From a virus (lineage: Duplodnaviria > Heunggongvirae > Uroviricota > Caudoviricetes), in the IMG/VR virus record IMGVR_UViG_638275541_000001: a DNA stretch of 64,000 nucleotides, one strand, 5' to 3'. How positions within the stretch are numbered: position 1 is the stretch's first letter; every line of letters starts with the position of its first letter. The notes beneath the pieces were generated by a model. The model was not told the DNA's origin and did not search any database. It saw only the letters and a list, made by a program, of their open reading frames with translations. The position numbers were made by a program, and so were the translations under genes. Below, piece after piece: positions 60,791-64,000 of the stretch.

Positions 60791-63471
60791 GTCTTACCTA
60801 CCTTACCAGTACCTGTAACAAGCGTCTTACTCTTTAATCCAAGATTTTTTGATGCTTGACCATACATTCTATCAATAATCTCTTTAACATCAGGTACATC
60901 TTTGGTTGGAACCTCTAAAGAGACCTCATCGTGGTAACTACAGACCCACCTAGCACCAATAGCAGGCTTCCTACCATTTAGAACTGTAAGCTTGCGCTCT
61001 GTTAACTCTCTGTTAGCCAAGTTAATACCCTCATTCTGCACCTGAGCCTCACTGCCCATAAGTGTGTAATTCAATAACTTATGTGGAGATTTACACCATA
61101 ACCACGCTCCAGCAACTTTGATATAACCACCTTTGGCAATTGCAGAAGTTTTTCCGAAAACCTCTTCAAGTGCTTTCTTAGTTGCTTTGAAGTCTTCCTC
61201 TAGTCTATCAAGCAGCTTTTTAATCTTAGGTAGACGCACAAAGTAAGTTTGTTTAGTTAATGCACCTTCTTCCGTAGATGATGCCTTGATAGTTTTTGCA
61301 AACTTCTCGTCTCCGGCTCCAAATAACAGGGCGTAGATGCCATTCTTAGCCTTCTTACGGCCTTTTGTAATCTCGTGAAGAAGTTCCTCATCCTGTGTCT
61401 CCCTACAACGAACAATATCTTCTTCCTTGTTCAGACCGAAGTAAATACTGTTCAGTGTATGCGCATCAGTCCCTGTGTAGACTTCATAGAGGTCATTTTC
61501 AGCATCATAACGCAGATACTTGTCAGTTTCTGGGTTAAGATACTTGTCAAGATGCTTACAGTAGTATCTACCATCATCTTGCTTAGTGAACTCTACTGAC
61601 TCTTTACCCTCAGTTACCGCTTTAGTAAAGTCTTCATCACCCATAAAGTTACAAAGAAGAACTAGCTGGGCTGAGTTTTGGTCTACGGAGATGATATCTG
61701 TACCTTCCTCACAAATCCACACTGCCCTCATTGGCTCCCCATAGACAGCAGCACCAGACGGTACGTTTACAATACCATATTGTGTCATACGTCCAGTTGA
61801 AGTACCAAATACCATTGCACCAGCACTAAGGCGACCATCAGGACGAATCTGGTTCAACCAACCTTTTTCATCATCCTTTGAGTTCTCAATAGTTCTGCGT
61901 CGGTGCATCAAAGTGTAGTATTTAGCAATCTTCTGTCCAAGTTCACCTTCAATCGTATCATAAGATGACTCAGTAAGCTTTGGTGAAGTACGGATTAAGC
62001 AAGGTTCAAGCAAATCTGTGTATTTCTTCACAGACCAGTTATGCTCAATGTACTGGACACCTTCATGTTCAACATAACTCAAACCACACCGCTCAACCAT
62101 TTCCTGCCACTTAGGATGTTTTGTAATCATCTTTTTATTGTCTTTGAAACGACAAACTTTGACAGGGCGACCATCTGAGTCTTTCTTGTAGTTCCAGTCA
62201 TCTGGAATCCAACCAACTGATTTCAAGTAGTCTTTAACAACTGCTACCTGAGTCATACGAGAAACTTCAAACTCAATTGGTGTATATGGTGCATCAATCA
62301 AACCTGTGTAGCGACTTGACTCAAGTTCAAAGTGGTTAACAACGTGGCTGTTATAGTACTTCACAGTTTTGACTGTTTTTACTGGTTTCCAGTCTTTGCA
62401 TTTCTTACCAATCTTTGCGTTCAACTCATTGCAAATTGCACGAGCATCCTTCATTGCTACAAAACCTTCCTTGTACTCTTCACCAGTTACAGTGTTGGTT
62501 GGTGTATAGCAATTTCTCTTTTCAATGTTAAAAATCTTTGTAGTTGGCTTACCAAATGGCTTGATTTCATAAGTTTGCATCTCACCGTTACGTACCTGCT
62601 GACGATACTTTGTTTTAGGGTACTTGGTAATTCTCTTCAGTCCATCTGCATGACCAAATGTTTCAACATACTCATTCCAAGCTTTTGCAAACTCTTCTCC
62701 AGTGACTTTACCTTTGGTCTTAATAGTTGGAGGTAGATGTGGTTCAACCTCTGAAGCAAGCTCATTAGTCAACTTGTCAAGTTCCTTTACATGGAACTCC
62801 ATAAGCTCCTTATCAGCTTTCCAACCATTGATAGCTTGTTGACTCATCCAGAAAGATGTTTCTTTAGCTCGCATGTAGGTTTCATAAGTGTCTATGCCAC
62901 ACTTCTTAAGCTTGAGATACTCATTATCAAGTGCCCGTTTAGCTTTGGCGTTAATACGGATATCTTCTACAACACGAGTGAAGATTTCTGCATTCCACAC
63001 ACCCCAATGCTCAATCTCTGGCTTACGAACACCAACACGAGCACCCCATGCAGCCAAGCCATGAGCACCTTTATAACCCTTTGGGGTTGGTCTATCCATC
63101 CACTGAACACGAGACTGGATAAGAGAGTCCTGAAAGAAATTACTCCACGGTTTACACTTTGGATTATCAAAGTTCCATAAATCAGGTGCAATGTGATTGA
63201 AAACCCACCAGTCATAACCGAGACCATTATGGATGCAAAGACGTTTTGCCTTTAACGCAAATTCAACACCTTCACGTAAACCACCTTTGATGTACTTAGT
63301 GTACTTGTGACCGAGGATAGGCTCATCTGTAAAGACCCATACAGGTGGCTCTTCATCGTCAGATTTATAGTCTGCAAAGGCCATTACGTGAACTTTAGTG
63401 AACTCAAGGAGTAAACCATCAGTTTCTGTATCACCAACCAAATGTAAGTTTTTAAAATCTACGTTTTCCAT
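60772..63471 (-). CDS. DNA polymerase, family A, with 3'-5' exonuclease domain
   Basis: exo motif VGDTETDGL; motif B RKKAKNGIYALLFG; motif C SYHDEVS; start set to ATG with GAGGGAG RBS (track ORF to 63501). Confidence 0.8.
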   Translation of the reverse strand: MENVDFKNLHLVGDTETDGLLLEFTKVHVMAFADYKSDDEEPPVWVFTDEPILGHKYTKYIKGGLREGVEFALKAKRLCIHNGLGYDWWVFNHIAPDLWNFDNPKCKPWSNFFQDSLIQSRVQWMDRPTPKGYKGAHGLAAWGARVGVRKPEIEHWGVWNAEIFTRVVEDIRINAKAKRALDNEYLKLKKCGIDTYETYMRAKETSFWMSQQAINGWKADKELMEFHVKELDKLTNELASEVEPHLPPTIKTKGKVTGEEFAKAWNEYVETFGHADGLKRITKYPKTKYRQQVRNGEMQTYEIKPFGKPTTKIFNIEKRNCYTPTNTVTGEEYKEGFVAMKDARAICNELNAKIGKKCKDWKPVKTVKTVKYYNSHVVNHFELESSRYTGLIDAPYTPIEFEVSRMTQVAVVKDYLKSVGWIPDDWNYKKDSDGRPVKVCRFKDNKKMITKHPKWQEMVERCGLSYVEHEGVQYIEHNWSVKKYTDLLEPCLIRTSPKLTESSYDTIEGELGQKIAKYYTLMHRRRTIENSKDDEKGWLNQIRPDGRLSAGAMVFGTSTGRMTQYGIVNVPSGAAVYGEPMRAVWICEEGTDIISVDQNSAQLVLLCNFMGDEDFTKAVTEGKESVEFTKQDDGRYYCKHLDKYLNPETDKYLRYDAENDLYEVYTGTDAHTLNSIYFGLNKEEDIVRCRETQDEELLHEITKGRKKAKNGIYALLFGAGDEKFAKTIKASSTEEGALTKQTYFVRLPKIKKLLDRLEEDFKATKKALEEVFGKTSAIAKGGYIKVAGAWLWCKSPHKLLNYTLMGSEAQVQNEGINLANRELTERKLTVLNGRKPAIGARWVCSYHDEVSLEVPTKDVPDVKEIIDRMYGQASKNLGLKSKTLVTGTGKVGKTWYAVH

Positions 63472-63531
63472 TTTTACTCCCTCTAAAATCATTAACCTCA
63501 TACATTACTGCAAAAAATTATAAAAAGCAAG

Positions 63532-63560
63532 TTGACAATGCACTTGACAAGGTGTTAATC
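63532..63560 (+). promoter_or_regulatory. tandem TTGACA promoter-like element in divergent region
   Basis: GTTGACAATGCACTTGACAAGG, same architecture as 21515 and 11269. Confidence 0.4.
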
Positions 63561-63728
63561 TTTGCGAAGTGGGTTTTTACTTAAAAGGTTACTTAACAGT
63601 TTAACTATACAGATACTTTAAAACTCTTAAAAGATTATTTAATAGCTTTTAAAAAGCTTTAAAGTATAACGTATAGAATACGTTAAGATAAAAGATTAAA
63701 ACTTAATAGTTACTTAAAAGAGGCTTAC

Positions 63729-64000
63729 ATGCAGAAAATGTTTGTTCACCCAGACATAGCTGACTTTGTTAGAGCTTTGCAGAAGTTGGAAGAACTTGAC
63801 ATTGCTGCTCAACGGGAATATGCTCACCATCACAGGAGAATGGTTGATATACAACATGAAATAGAGTTATCTGAAAACTATGAAGATGACTTAAAATGCT
63901 CTGTATTTGAGCATATGAAAGATGTTGCTACAGCGAGACGTAAAGCTAAAGACACAGTTGCTTTACTAGATTCTCTTAAAAAGAGGTTGCAAAGTGGTAC
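63729..64000 (+). CDS. hypothetical protein (3'-truncated by window edge)
   Basis: ATG with AGAGG RBS, open to window end. Confidence 0.45.
   Translation, partial: MQKMFVHPDIADFVRALQKLEELDIAAQREYAHHHRRMVDIQHEIELSENYEDDLKCSVFEHMKDVATARRKAKDTVALLDSLKKRLQSG

Noticed and set aside
61375-63227. Several 74-134 aa ORFs antisense to the DNA polymerase gene
   Set aside because: Embedded antisense in a gene with clear polymerase motifs; no independent support

Overview
This 64 kb window reads as a segment of a virulent, AT-rich contractile-tailed phage genome (architecture resembles Felix O1-like myoviruses; that assignment is inference only). No integrase, transposase or CRISPR array was seen. Layout: (1) plus-strand early region 1-12.4 kb with a 5'-truncated rIIA-like gene, rIIB-like gene, a macro-domain protein and nine small early genes each carrying its own conserved 5' leader hairpin; (2) a 1.5 kb ORF-free convergent gap (12.37-13.93 kb) packed with ~10-11 bp periodic TGTTAAG-type repeats; (3) a minus-strand block 13.9-21.4 kb including a T4-type lysozyme and Ig-like paralogs; (4) a plus-strand block 21.7-54.1 kb with a vWA-domain (Ro60/Rsr-like) protein, a ~27-gene tRNA cluster interrupted by three HNH endonuclease paralogs, then terminase, portal, protease/scaffold, capsid, sheath, tube, tape measure, baseplate and two tail-fibre genes; (5) a minus-strand replication/nucleotide block 54.1-63.5 kb (thymidylate synthase, DHFR, ATP-dependent ligase, HNH-AP2 endonuclease, family A DNA polymerase). 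The strongest candidate for an undescribed system is the Ro60-like protein at 22118-23533 followed, inside the tRNA cluster, by four short repeat RNAs with pairing termini, one of which (24575-24706) carries a circularly permuted tRNA-like domain as in bacterial YrlA Y RNAs. All calls are from reading the sequence and ORF track by eye; no searches or folding were run. Hand-derived RNA, promoter and repeat coordinates may be off by 1-3 nt, and tRNA anticodons are tentative. Several CDS starts were moved to an internal ATG where the track ORF began at a non-ATG codon or overlapped a tRNA.
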